Origin: Sedimentisphaerales bacterium
Lineage (GTDB): Bacteria > Planctomycetota > Phycisphaerae > Sedimentisphaerales > SM23-30
DNA: 64,000 nt
Assembly: GCA_963663965.2 (NCBI GenBank)
Contig: CAXXFK010000002.1
Location: forward strand, 17,789 to 81,788
Direction: 5' to 3'
Made by a program: the position numbers and the translations under genes. Below the pieces are notes generated by a model. It had not been told where the DNA came from, searched no databases, and saw only the letters and a list, made by a program, of their open reading frames with translations. This document shows, one piece after another, positions 21,547 through 31,542 of the stretch. Each line of letters begins with the position of its first letter. Position 1 is the first letter of the stretch.

Positions 21547-22719
21547 TTATTTGGGAAAGGCAATGCCGCAGGAGGCCATCTCAAATGGCGCCCGGGCGTG
21601 ACAGTTTTCAATTGCTGAACACCGGAAACAGCCATAGGTGCCGGAGTCTGACTGGATTAAATGAGAGCAGCGGACCGGGTGATAGCCCATACGCCGGACC
21701 CGGTCAATCAGTTGCTGAGTTTCTGAAAAGGTATAACGCTGTTTATCCAGGCTGGAAATCTCATGTATCAGTTGATCGCCACCATGGAGGCAAGCCAGGT
21801 TGGTGATCAGGCCAAACCACTGAGGTTGCGAAACCAGATGTGGGAAGCGGCGGCACCACCGGATGAAATGACAACGCTCCAGTTGGGTCAGATTGCCAAT
21901 AATCAGTGTTGTTGCCGGCGGTATCGGCGACGGTGCCACCTGATCTGGGGTAATGTCACAATGAGTGATCTGCCTATGAATATCCATTGAGGGTGTTCGT
22001 GCAGGATGACTCAGGAAGCAGGAATGGCGATGAATCCGGTCCGGTGGCTGGGGGGTGCCTTTTTTGTTGATGGTCCCAATGACCCGCATAACCCGGGAGA
22101 GATTACTGACATTATCGATGCGGACCTGTTCGACCTGGCTGGAATATTGTTGTTGAAGGTTACGATAATAGGCTGTATATTGCTGGCCGACTTGGAGTGA
22201 ATCGATCGGAACGGGAACGATGGGAACAACCAGATAGGTGCCATTTCCGCTTCGGGCCATCACCGGATTGGCGTAGCGGAAAGCGCCAGTGGCAATTATC
22301 GCGGCCAGTTGATCCGTGGCCATTAATTCCGATGGCGAAGCCGGCAAACCTTGCCGGCGAATCGGCGATATGGCATCGATATCAATAAAGACGGTAGAAA
22401 GCCATTCAATGTCCTTGTCTGCTGCACAGTTGGATGTGGGGTATGAGTGAGCCCCAACCCAGCGATTAGGAGCCCACTCGAAAAATGGATCAACGGGCCG
22501 CGGATTCACACCAACATAAATCCCGGTAGTTCGTCCATCCCAAGCCTGGCAGAGCCGAACGGAATCGTCGGCATTATCCGTATACGCGACCATGGGGCAG
22601 GGGGTGAAGATTCTTAATTCCGTGCACCCCAGGTCCCGATGGCCGAGTAGGTGGTAATGGGTTGCTATGGCCTTTTCAGGAGGCAAGGATGAAATGGATT
22701 GGGTGGAAGAATAAATCAT
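21547..22719 (-). CDS. DNA primase-like protein (RepB/AEP-type catalytic domain plus Cys-rich C-terminal domain)
   Basis: IYVGVNPR, FIDID, RSGNG, SRVMRVIGTINKK; C-terminal C..(W)...PVRC...C..C cluster; start reset to MIYSS. Confidence 0.7.
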   Translation of the reverse strand: MIYSSTQSISSLPPEKAIATHYHLLGHRDLGCTELRIFTPCPMVAYTDNADDSVRLCQAWDGRTTGIYVGVNPRPVDPFFEWAPNRWVGAHSYPTSNCAADKDIEWLSTVFIDIDAISPIRRQGLPASPSELMATDQLAAIIATGAFRYANPVMARSGNGTYLVVPIVPVPIDSLQVGQQYTAYYRNLQQQYSSQVEQVRIDNVSNLSRVMRVIGTINKKGTPQPPDRIHRHSCFLSHPARTPSMDIHRQITHCDITPDQVAPSPIPPATTLIIGNLTQLERCHFIRWCRRFPHLVSQPQWFGLITNLACLHGGDQLIHEISSLDKQRYTFSETQQLIDRVRRMGYHPVRCSHLIQSDSGTYGCFRCSAIENCHARAPFEMASCGIAFPK

Positions 22720-22792
22720 AGGTTTAATGTGAAGCATTTCAAATAGGAACAACAGGGTGAAGCGCAAACATAATACAATCAGAATGAAAAGA

Positions 22793-23143
22793 TCAGCGGT
22801 GCTGATGATCAGAAAAATTGGGTTTGGGACTAGGATTAAAAGGGGGCTTGGCAGAAGAAGGAGTCCGGTTTTGCCGGCCGCGATGAAGATAACGGAAAAC
22901 AGCATAAGGAACCAGAATGACCAGGCCGAGCAGGCTAAAGGAAAGCAGCCAGGCGATAAGATCAAAATCGGTAGCATTAGGTTGATCTGGCGGCATGGCG
23001 TGGGTCATACCAATTACCGTCAGCACACCAACTGATAATGTCAGCAGAAATACCGGTTTTAGCCAGGCGGCCAAAAGACCGAAGGCCTTCTTGCCAAGGA
23101 TAACTAAAACGAGCAGAATGATAAACACGAGGAATACAAGCAT
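22793..23143 (-). CDS. Small membrane protein (about 3 TM)
   Basis: 116 aa hydrophobic ORF, 9 nt after the previous gene, RBS AGGAG. Confidence 0.6.
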   Translation of the reverse strand: MLVFLVFIILLVLVILGKKAFGLLAAWLKPVFLLTLSVGVLTVIGMTHAMPPDQPNATDFDLIAWLLSFSLLGLVILVPYAVFRYLHRGRQNRTPSSAKPPFNPSPKPNFSDHQHR

Positions 23144-23152
23144 GGGAAACTC

Positions 23153-23449
23153 CTAAAACATCAGGTGGACCAGGCTGTGAAGCATCAATTTAACCAGAAT
23201 CAAACCGAGTAAAAGCAAGCCTAAGAGCACATTGTCTGGTAGAATCTGACGGTTAAACCGGAAAATACGAAACTGGAGAAAGTCAGTTAAAAACTGAACC
23301 AGGGATTGGGTGGAATTAAGGATGGGTATGAGGTGGTGATTAGGCCGACGGTGGAAAATGAGATGCAACAGCATAATCATCAATAACAGATCGATGGCAA
23401 TTGAAATCAAATGAATGAAACTGACAAAGAGGGGGGATAGTAAGCCCAT
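23153..23449 (-). CDS. Small membrane protein, YggT-like topology
   Basis: Two TM helices around an amphipathic segment; start MGLLS 4 nt after the kinase stop. Confidence 0.55.
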   Translation of the reverse strand: MGLLSPLFVSFIHLISIAIDLLLMIMLLHLIFHRRPNHHLIPILNSTQSLVQFLTDFLQFRIFRFNRQILPDNVLLGLLLLGLILVKLMLHSLVHLMF

Positions 23450-23453
23450 AAGT

Positions 23454-24668
23454 TTACTCCTTCCAGGGGTTGTCCGGCATCTCATACGATGGGGCCGGCG
23501 GTGAGGTTGGTAGATTTAATGATACAGGAGGGATATCGTCAAGGCTCCATTGGGGTGGGGCCTCGACCGAAGGCGTATTGGGTGGAACCGGGGAATGAAA
23601 ATCGGGTGGTTCAGGAGGAAGTGCAACCAGGGGCGCTGATGGAGTGGCTATAATAACAGATATCGGTACCGGTAAATTGGAGGGTAAATCCGGGATCTCC
23701 ACCCGATCAGGATGGACAGGGGGCATGGTCCTTCCACCAGCATCAAAGCAAGACAGCCAGGTATCGGGGCTGGGACAATCCGCAAAGGAATTGCTGAACA
23801 AGGCCTGCTGGAACAGAATGCCTGCATCTGGATAGCGAACCTTTAAGGCATCGACAGCATATCGGATAGAAGCGCCAGCGCGTTGATCAAGATCTGATTG
23901 GGTGAACAGGCCACCTTCAGGCCCCAAAGGAGCATGGGGTTCGATAAGTAAAAATTCAACACACAGAATTGCTAGGGCAAAACGGTCTGCATGGCAACAC
24001 CAGGTTGTCTGTACATTCCGAACGAATGGAGCGATGTATCCCTCTGTGCCCATGGTGGTTGAAGGTGGCAGGGTCAAACTGGAGTGGTAGAGCGAATCGA
24101 AATCGATCAGTGCAATCTCATTGTTGGCAATGAATACATTGCCACCGGAGAGATCGCGGTGCGAAATGTTGTGCGATTCCAGTTGTTGGACAATACGGAT
24201 CAGGGTCTGGCACATTACTCGGCGGTGGTCGGATGACCATTGCAGGGAACCATCGCGCAGGCGACTGATCAGAGCATTCCAGTCGTATCCTTCCACCTTG
24301 GGCATAAGAATAGCCTGATTCAAATCGTGAGCCAGATCTTTGCTGTAAAAATAACCCAACTTACGGGTTAAGGAGTGGTCTGAGAGAATCTGACGCGCGG
24401 TTCCGCAGCGAAAGGCTGGATCGGCAGGGAGCAGAGAACTAATACCATTCAGATGTCTTTGACCGGTCAGTTTGCCGGGCAGCAGGATCTTCAAAACCCA
24501 TTGACGACCCTGCTGGTCGGTCAAAAAATAGGATTCGGCCTGGCCCCGCTGAACCGAGAGCGGTTCGCCGGAAATGATGAGATGGCCCCGAGGCTTCAGA
24601 GGTATTCCATTAATCAATGCATAGCGACGCTTGCAAAACCAGTTGACGATGGATTGGTGATATGCCAT
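23454..24668 (-). CDS. Ser/Thr protein kinase-like protein with a Pro-rich tail (TerY-P type)
   Basis: VLKI, ILMPKVEG, HRDLSGGN, LIDFD, GTEGY, DRFALA. Confidence 0.85.
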   Translation of the reverse strand: MAYHQSIVNWFCKRRYALINGIPLKPRGHLIISGEPLSVQRGQAESYFLTDQQGRQWVLKILLPGKLTGQRHLNGISSLLPADPAFRCGTARQILSDHSLTRKLGYFYSKDLAHDLNQAILMPKVEGYDWNALISRLRDGSLQWSSDHRRVMCQTLIRIVQQLESHNISHRDLSGGNVFIANNEIALIDFDSLYHSSLTLPPSTTMGTEGYIAPFVRNVQTTWCCHADRFALAILCVEFLLIEPHAPLGPEGGLFTQSDLDQRAGASIRYAVDALKVRYPDAGILFQQALFSNSFADCPSPDTWLSCFDAGGRTMPPVHPDRVEIPDLPSNLPVPISVIIATPSAPLVALPPEPPDFHSPVPPNTPSVEAPPQWSLDDIPPVSLNLPTSPPAPSYEMPDNPWKE

Positions 24669-25783
24669 TAGGAATTCCTCGTATCAGACCTGGGATGGAT
24701 CCAGATAAAAGTGATATCATCATCACCAACGGTTTCCTGGAGATTCAAATGAAGGCGACGCTCAAGATCGGTCCTATCGGTTGCTTGATGATAATCGTTC
24801 AGAAAGGACCACATGGCTTCGGGCGTTTTCTGGCTATGATAGAAGCCATCGGAACAGAGCAGGATACTGACATCCAGCGGGACTTGTTCTTCGATAAATG
24901 ACCAGCGCCCCCGGTTAAAATCATCAGGGAGTACCGCTGTAAAATTACCGGGTCGGATCAATTCAACCGGTTTGAAGGCAGAGAGGGTATGGACAGGATG
25001 AATCTGGCGCGAGTAGATAACCGTGCCCAGATCGCGGTAGTCAGGATCTTTTAAGCGTGAGAACAGATGGTCTGGAACGGCCAGGAGATCTCCCGCATTT
25101 AAAGAGGGGAATTGAGGGTGAGCGGGGAGGGCGTTTGTTGGATTACTGATCACTTGGCACAGGTGCCCTTTTTTGATACGATTCCCTTTCACTAGTTCCG
25201 GAAATTGATCGAGGGGACCTAAAGTTCGGGTTAAGATTGGATGATCAGGATCATAAATAACCCGGTAGGGACTGGGAGCAATAAAAGCATGATCCGGGGC
25301 CCAGTTGGAACAGGAGAAATTGGAAAAGAGCAGATCACCAGCAGCAGAATAGATAAAGATACCGGAATCGCCGCACCAAATCATTTTCGCCTGCAGGTGA
25401 TTGGTTTGCGGCCGGCATTGTACGGCGGCCAGAGTGGTTTGAAAACTGGACTGTAATTTCTGCTGAAGAATATCCTGATACATACCGGTAGCAGTACCGG
25501 CAGAATCGGGGATTTGAATTCCTTTAGCCATGGCCATTTGCCGATGGTGGTTCAGGATTTGGACCAAATCATTCAAGGAATGTTCCGGTTGATGGTTAAA
25601 GAGGACCAGCGAAAACAAGACACCCAATTCGGCGGCCCGGTCAGCGTAAGGTGAGGAGGTGACGCCATCACAGACACAGGCGGAGAGAGTCGGGCTGACA
25701 TAGTCAGCCCGATCCTGATTTTTGGTTTCTCCCCCCAAGATGGCGGGAGAAATCAGCTTGGTAAAATCAAATTGTGGTTTCAT
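24668..25783 (-). CDS. PP2C-family protein phosphatase (TerY-P type)
   Basis: NQD, VCDGVTSS, QTTL, GDSG, LCSDG, DDDIT; stop overlaps the kinase start. Confidence 0.85.
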   Translation of the reverse strand: MKPQFDFTKLISPAILGGETKNQDRADYVSPTLSACVCDGVTSSPYADRAAELGVLFSLVLFNHQPEHSLNDLVQILNHHRQMAMAKGIQIPDSAGTATGMYQDILQQKLQSSFQTTLAAVQCRPQTNHLQAKMIWCGDSGIFIYSAAGDLLFSNFSCSNWAPDHAFIAPSPYRVIYDPDHPILTRTLGPLDQFPELVKGNRIKKGHLCQVISNPTNALPAHPQFPSLNAGDLLAVPDHLFSRLKDPDYRDLGTVIYSRQIHPVHTLSAFKPVELIRPGNFTAVLPDDFNRGRWSFIEEQVPLDVSILLCSDGFYHSQKTPEAMWSFLNDYHQATDRTDLERRLHLNLQETVGDDDITFIWIHPRSDTRNS

Positions 25784-25788
25784 ATTAG

Positions 25789-26598
25789 TTACCTATCCTG
25801 TCGATCGTGCCGGCTACCCCCGCTGCCGGCTATCTGCAAACAATTCTTGACCATCTCACGGGATCTAATGTCAAAAAATAATCGTGACTGATTACGAATA
25901 TTGGGAAAAATATTTTCGTTAACCAAATTCTGATGAATGGTTTCCGGCATCACACTGCTCATATTGAACAATCTGATGTTATTGACAGAGGGACCCGCTT
26001 CCGATTCCATAACATAGCCGGGGAAATCCTGAGGCCCCTGATAGTTCAAACTGGTTTGGGAACCGATGAAGGCGTTAGCCACCAGCGCATTGCCATCTTG
26101 CACTGACAGTGATTTGATTTTTTCTGCAATGGGGCTGGCATCGGTGTGACTAAGGCCATCAGTGAAATGAAAAACCAACGGAGGAAAGGAATTTTGAAAC
26201 CGGTCATCACGCAGGTGTTGCTCTAACGATTGATAAGCCATTTCAAAAGCAGCTAAGGTGTCAGTCCCGCCCAGGTGGCCTCCTTGCCCAAAGGAATTAC
26301 CGGCTTGGCTATAACGATCCACTACGGTTTGGATATCCATCAAGGGATCCCCCCAGAAGTGGGGTGATTTTCCATAGAAGATAATCCCGATGTAATAACG
26401 AGGCTTAACAATAATCGAGTCGCCCTGAACATCGGTAGAGCGGGTCAGCATTTCTTTGATGATATGGCCCATAAATCGCGCAATCCATTCCCAGACGGGG
26501 ACATCAGAACCAGGAAATGAATCGGCGACAGAACCACTTTCATCAACAATAAAAAAAACAATGGTAGGCAAAAAGGATGAAACTATTCTTTCATACAT
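25789..26598 (-). CDS. vWA domain protein (TerY-like)
   Basis: MIDAS motif DESGS, GGTDT, PPLVFHFTDG. Confidence 0.85.
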   Translation of the reverse strand: MYERIVSSFLPTIVFFIVDESGSVADSFPGSDVPVWEWIARFMGHIIKEMLTRSTDVQGDSIIVKPRYYIGIIFYGKSPHFWGDPLMDIQTVVDRYSQAGNSFGQGGHLGGTDTLAAFEMAYQSLEQHLRDDRFQNSFPPLVFHFTDGLSHTDASPIAEKIKSLSVQDGNALVANAFIGSQTSLNYQGPQDFPGYVMESEAGPSVNNIRLFNMSSVMPETIHQNLVNENIFPNIRNQSRLFFDIRSREMVKNCLQIAGSGGSRHDRQDR

Positions 26599-26717
26599 GA
26601 TAGGACCTTTCAAAAATAAGAACAGATAGAACAGAAAACACGAAAAAGCTATAGAGCAAATGATCGGTTAAAACAGATAGGCGGCGCATGAGATAGGTTA
26701 TCAAGAGGAAACATGCA

Positions 26718-26960
26718 TTATTCCTTGCGATTGGGGAAGTCGAAGAAAAAACGTAAAATGAAAACAATGAAAAGCAGAATCAGACTCATCGCCAGCAGAC
26801 TGCGGACAATCGGATTGGATTGGTTAATCGGCTCCAACGCATCAATCAGCCAAGTAAAGAAAGGTTTGCCAAGTTCGATCAGACGATCATATTGAAATGC
26901 GAGCATCAAAAGGATGAACAGCAACGTAATATTACGAAATTTAAGCTTTAATTGACTCAT
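26718..26960 (-). CDS. Small two-TM protein
   Basis: 80 aa; start overlaps the ATPase stop (ATGA). Confidence 0.6.
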   Translation of the reverse strand: MSQLKLKFRNITLLFILLMLAFQYDRLIELGKPFFTWLIDALEPINQSNPIVRSLLAMSLILLFIVFILRFFFDFPNRKE

Positions 26961-29077
26961 AGCAGCTTCTCCCAGTTGCCTTGACGTAAATGGGCGAAAT
27001 TAAGAAACGAAAACCGTGCGGTGAAATCAGGGGGCAGGACGGCAGAATTCTGAAAAAAAGATTTGACTGCTGTAGCAGTGGTATAATCTCGGCACAGCCA
27101 AATAACCTTATCAAAACCGGCGGTTTGCAACCTCGCAGCATTACTAAGAAGATTGCTGGTGGATAGAGTCACCTCAATGGCAAACCGGATTCCGGCTGAA
27201 TCGGTAGCCACCAAGTCAATAGTGGAACCTTTGGAACCATGCGGGACTTCACTTTGCACCTGATACTTGGAACCTCGTTGAATGAAATAAGCAGCCAGGT
27301 CGACTAAAAAAGAATGTTCCAGACTGACAGAGCGGAGGTATGGAGAGTGTATGTTGAATTTTTCATACGCCGCTTTGGTCGGAACCAGGTATTTGACCCG
27401 GCCGACACTGATTTGAGTCAATAGATTGGCGGAAAGAGCGGTTTTCAGAGCGGCCTGAAATTCGCGGACAGAAGCAAAGTTAGGTATTCGTTCACTGGAG
27501 GTCACGAACCGGTGGGTGATACAATCGAAAACCAGCCGATCGTATTTGTCCGAAATTATGGGTGTAGGATCCTTAGGTTGAGCTTGAGCAGGAGGATTCG
27601 AAGGAGGAGTGACGGAAACTGATGGTAATTGGTCGAGGGGATGCCAGGGTTTGATCCGGTAGGATAAATCATTGTTTAGAGATGAGGTAATAGGTAGATC
27701 AGGGACGGGTGGCGTCCAGCCATGAATAGGCCGGCGCCAGGGATGGTCGGCGATGAACGCCAACATCTCCCGGTTTTGAAAACGAGTAATGGCAGCGGTC
27801 TGTGGGTCGGACAGGGACATGAAATTCCGGATGACTGACAAATTTTCATTGCCGTGAATATTGCCTGTGACGATCATATTGCGGCAGAGGCTAACAAGCG
27901 GTGGATCGATTTGGGCGGGCAAATGCGAAACCAAAATAACAGCGGTTCCGGTGGATCGGAGGGTGGCCAACATGTGGGCAAGCGGTGAGATATTGCCATC
28001 GGCAGACCGGTTGGACTCCAGAAACCGATTTCCATCATCGATGACGATAAGATGGTGGATCTGATTGGTTTCCGGTAAATGACGGGCATTTTGGTATAAC
28101 CAATAAAGCAAGAGGTTTAAAAAAGATTTGGATTGAAAAGAATTCGTTAAACCCCTTGCATTGAGAATGTTATTGCGACTGAATAACCAGCTTGGGTGCA
28201 GGCTCTGGCGGCAGGCAAAAAGATTTGAGTTATCCACAATCAATCCGATGCCGGTTTTAGTGGCATCCAGATAACCCTGGAGGCGGAAATTCTTGAATTG
28301 CATCCGATCCAGTTCATATAGCAGATCTTTAAAGCAGATCTCGCAGGCTTCTCCGGTTTGACTAGCATATCGGTCGCGCTTTTCCAGGCAGATTCGAGCT
28401 GCCTTATTTAGAAGATCAAGGCCGTAGATCAGACCGGTGTCACCTGCCAGGGTGGACATGAATTCTAAAACATATTTCTCACGGGATATCGAGGGCGGAG
28501 GGGTCAGGTCAAAGCTGACCGAGGCAAGATCGATGGGAACTGCATTAATAAATGGAGCGAGGGTGGATAACCCGTTTTTGGGATCAATAATCGTAATGGT
28601 GACATCAGGGCGAAAAATAGTGAACGCTTGCAGCAGATGAATTAAAAAATATGTTTTCCCACTGCCCGGAGGACCGACCAACAATAAATAGGTCCTAAGG
28701 AAATCAGTGTCGATAAATACTTTCATGTAATTCATCAGGATGGTTAGAAGCAATGGTCCAAGGCGTGAAAACGAAAAAGGGAGTAAAGGCCGGAATAGAT
28801 CGGGCTTACGGATTGATTCGAGGTCATCTTGATCAAGGATGAGTTTTAACCGAGACAGGAGGGATTCAACAATATGTGGTAGGCGAGAATGTTCCAGTTT
28901 AAAAAGAATATTTTGGACAGTAGCATTATGGACCAGACCGGAATCGATGAGTTTACTTTCCAAGTCCCATGAGAGAAAAGGATATTCTTGGGAAGGATCA
29001 ATGCCAAAAATAACCCCAATGAAAATGGATATTAAAATTCCGATAAGTAATATTGTCATATCAGTTTTCATCTCCAT
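26957..29077 (-). CDS. HerA/FtsK/VirB4-clade ATPase with N-terminal TM and C-terminal PD-(D/E)xK-like domain
   Basis: GPPGSGKT, IIDPK, LIVIDD, LRSTGTAVILVSH; C-terminus EH...EV...IDLV...AIEV. Confidence 0.75.
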   Translation of the reverse strand: MEMKTDMTILLIGILISIFIGVIFGIDPSQEYPFLSWDLESKLIDSGLVHNATVQNILFKLEHSRLPHIVESLLSRLKLILDQDDLESIRKPDLFRPLLPFSFSRLGPLLLTILMNYMKVFIDTDFLRTYLLLVGPPGSGKTYFLIHLLQAFTIFRPDVTITIIDPKNGLSTLAPFINAVPIDLASVSFDLTPPPSISREKYVLEFMSTLAGDTGLIYGLDLLNKAARICLEKRDRYASQTGEACEICFKDLLYELDRMQFKNFRLQGYLDATKTGIGLIVDNSNLFACRQSLHPSWLFSRNNILNARGLTNSFQSKSFLNLLLYWLYQNARHLPETNQIHHLIVIDDGNRFLESNRSADGNISPLAHMLATLRSTGTAVILVSHLPAQIDPPLVSLCRNMIVTGNIHGNENLSVIRNFMSLSDPQTAAITRFQNREMLAFIADHPWRRPIHGWTPPVPDLPITSSLNNDLSYRIKPWHPLDQLPSVSVTPPSNPPAQAQPKDPTPIISDKYDRLVFDCITHRFVTSSERIPNFASVREFQAALKTALSANLLTQISVGRVKYLVPTKAAYEKFNIHSPYLRSVSLEHSFLVDLAAYFIQRGSKYQVQSEVPHGSKGSTIDLVATDSAGIRFAIEVTLSTSNLLSNAARLQTAGFDKVIWLCRDYTTATAVKSFFQNSAVLPPDFTARFSFLNFAHLRQGNWEKLL

Positions 29078-29696
29078 CTACATCTCCGGCCGGTTCATCG
29101 ATAACCTCATCATCAGTAATCTCTTCCACAAAAACAGCTGCGAGTAGCGAGCCGAGTTTCTGCCAAAACGACGGTTTAGATGGAATCAGGGATTGCTGGC
29201 AGGCCACACAAATCAACTTGGGCTCACTGTTGATATTAACCAGCTGACAGTGAGGCCGGCATGACCACCGACCGCAAAGTTCGCAAAGCACCCCTGATTC
29301 CCGGTCATAAAGAGACTGTAAGGACGCCTGTTCCGGAGAAATTAACCCCTGCAAGAGAAGAGCCTGAGCTTGAGCCTGGCAGGCAAAGCAAATACCGCCG
29401 ATTTCATCCGCTCGATTGACAACCCGACCAGAACCAAGCAAGAAGGAAACTTTATGATTGAAAGAATGAGAAGATTGGTTGATATCATCAAAGACCACTC
29501 CTGACCGCTCGAGGAATTTCACATTAGTGCCGTGAATTTCGTGTATAGTGTGTTCTTCTTCAGAATATGAAGGAGTGGAATAGGGGGCCCCAGAAGGATT
29601 GGAGAGCTGCTGCGGTGGTTGAGGAACATAAGGCTGATATAAAGGGTGAGCTTTTTTGCTGATCAGACGTTTTAAAAAATCTAAGATTTTTGACAT
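29061..29696 (-). CDS. Hypothetical Zn-finger protein
   Basis: CFAC, CELC, CRPHC and CVAC Cys pairs; first gene of the minus-strand backbone. Confidence 0.65.
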   Translation of the reverse strand: MSKILDFLKRLISKKAHPLYQPYVPQPPQQLSNPSGAPYSTPSYSEEEHTIHEIHGTNVKFLERSGVVFDDINQSSHSFNHKVSFLLGSGRVVNRADEIGGICFACQAQAQALLLQGLISPEQASLQSLYDRESGVLCELCGRWSCRPHCQLVNINSEPKLICVACQQSLIPSKPSFWQKLGSLLAAVFVEEITDDEVIDEPAGDVDGDEN

Positions 29697-30088
29697 AATC
29701 GGTGTGCCTTTTTTGAATTAAAAACATACATAAAAGAGAGATCGCTCATAGAATTATTTATCAAAAAGGGTGTAGTACTATTCTGTATAATTAAACACCC
29801 ATATTAAACACCGAGATTAACCAGGGAGTGATTGTAACTTGTTGTATTATATGTGTTTATGAATTTGCTGGATATGATGTGGGAATTTGGTATAAATAAA
29901 CAATGTAGTAATCACTATTCGAATATGATGGGCAAGAAAAGTCGCGGATAAGGCCCATGATACTAAGCCTGTTTCTGGTCCGATCTGAATAAGGCTCAAT
30001 GCAGAGTTTGTGGTATAATCCTGGTAATAAAAGGAATTCGGCAAGATAATCGGATAAGGTCGTTGCCGATGACTTACCGAGGAAAGGA

Positions 30089-31429
30089 TTGGCGATGGTA
30101 GATGATTTTCATCCGATCAACCGCAGTCAGGCAAATTGGATTCTGCCCGGTTTGGAGGATTGGCTGGGGAAAGATCATCGGACTAGGTTTATACTGGATG
30201 CGGTCGAACCAATGGATCTGAAGGGGTTTGATTGGGGGTGTCGCAAGGATGACTGCGGTAACATCTCCAATCATTCGCAGATAATGATGGCGTTGCTGCT
30301 GTATGCTTACTGTCACTGCATGACTTCCAGGCGGCAGATTGAGCGACTGTACCAGATGAATATCGCCTGCCGGCCTATTTCGGCCCGGATGGGGATGGTG
30401 GCGTTAGAGGATACCAAGATAAAGAGTAATGCTTACCGGGCCTTCAACTTGACGAAAGAGGGTCCAAAAAAAAGGAAGATCAAACGGATGATCCAAACAG
30501 CAGATGCGGAGGACAAGGCGGGGGGGGAACTGGATGACAAGGGCAGCCAAAGTGATGAATGGCAGGGTAAGTGGCAAAACCGGCAGCAGGGTAGGGAATG
30601 GTTCAATCCCTGCCTGGACCGGTTAAATCATAAAGAAGCGCTGGCGGAGAATCCACAGCTGGACCAAGCGAAGCCGCGCCAATCGCAGGGAGAAAAACAG
30701 GGCCAGCTGTTGCGCAGCTGCAATTCCAAGGCGGATGTTCCGGAAAAGGATGAGAATCGAAACGCTCATCTGACCGATCCGGACAGTGGGATCTTCAAGG
30801 CAAGGGATGGCATAGTGCAGGGATACCGTGACTTGGCGGTGGTCAGCGAAGATCCGTTGATTCTGGTGGCGGATCAGGTCGACGATCGAGGATTATTGCA
30901 TCCGATGATCAGACCGACGCAGATAAATATAGCAGCGGCGGATTGGAGCGAAGCAATCGATCGGGCGATGGTAAATGCAAGATTTTGTAACGAGGTGGAT
31001 TTATGTCAGGTGTCGGCAGTCGGTCCGGCATTGAATGTGGCGTCCTGGACGGCCAGTAAGGAGAGCCGGCAAAAAAAGGAAGCACCACCACTGTATAGGC
31101 GGATCCCGTCAGATATGGCAGCGACCGCCTGGTGGGTCCGTAAGTTGTCTATCCAAGCCGGGCGGGCGTTGTATAAGTTTTATAGTGAGACTGGAGAGCT
31201 GAAGTTAAGCCAGATCAAGTGGGGGCTGGATATTAACCGGTTTAGTCGCTGGTTTATGGAGATGTGTCTGGGCAAATGGTTGCTAATTAGTACGGTCGGT
31301 ATGCGACTTTTACTATTCCACAGTTGTCAGGCGCGATTCGGAGTATATAAGGGTATTGTCTCCCTGCTATTTACGGATGCAGGGCTTGCCCTGATGACCC
31401 GGAAGTTACCCACAGTAAATATGGTTTAA
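30089..31429 (+). pseudogene. Degenerate IS1182-family transposase
   Basis: LEDWLGKDHRTRFI, LLLYAY...SRRQIE, DTKIKSNA, TDPDS...QGY; internal segment missing and motifs decayed. Confidence 0.75.
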
Positions 31430-31542
31430 AATGAAAGCAGAATCTGAAAGTCTGCCATTCAGCCGACTCTATTCGTTTTTGAATCGAAAAATCGATTGTA
31501 CAACAGGCTTAATGAAAGCAATAAACAACTGAGAATAATGAA

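Noticed and set aside
22720..22977. Hydrophobic N-terminal extension of the primase ORF
   Set aside because: Overlaps the 22793..23143 gene in another frame; a membrane-anchored primase is not supported
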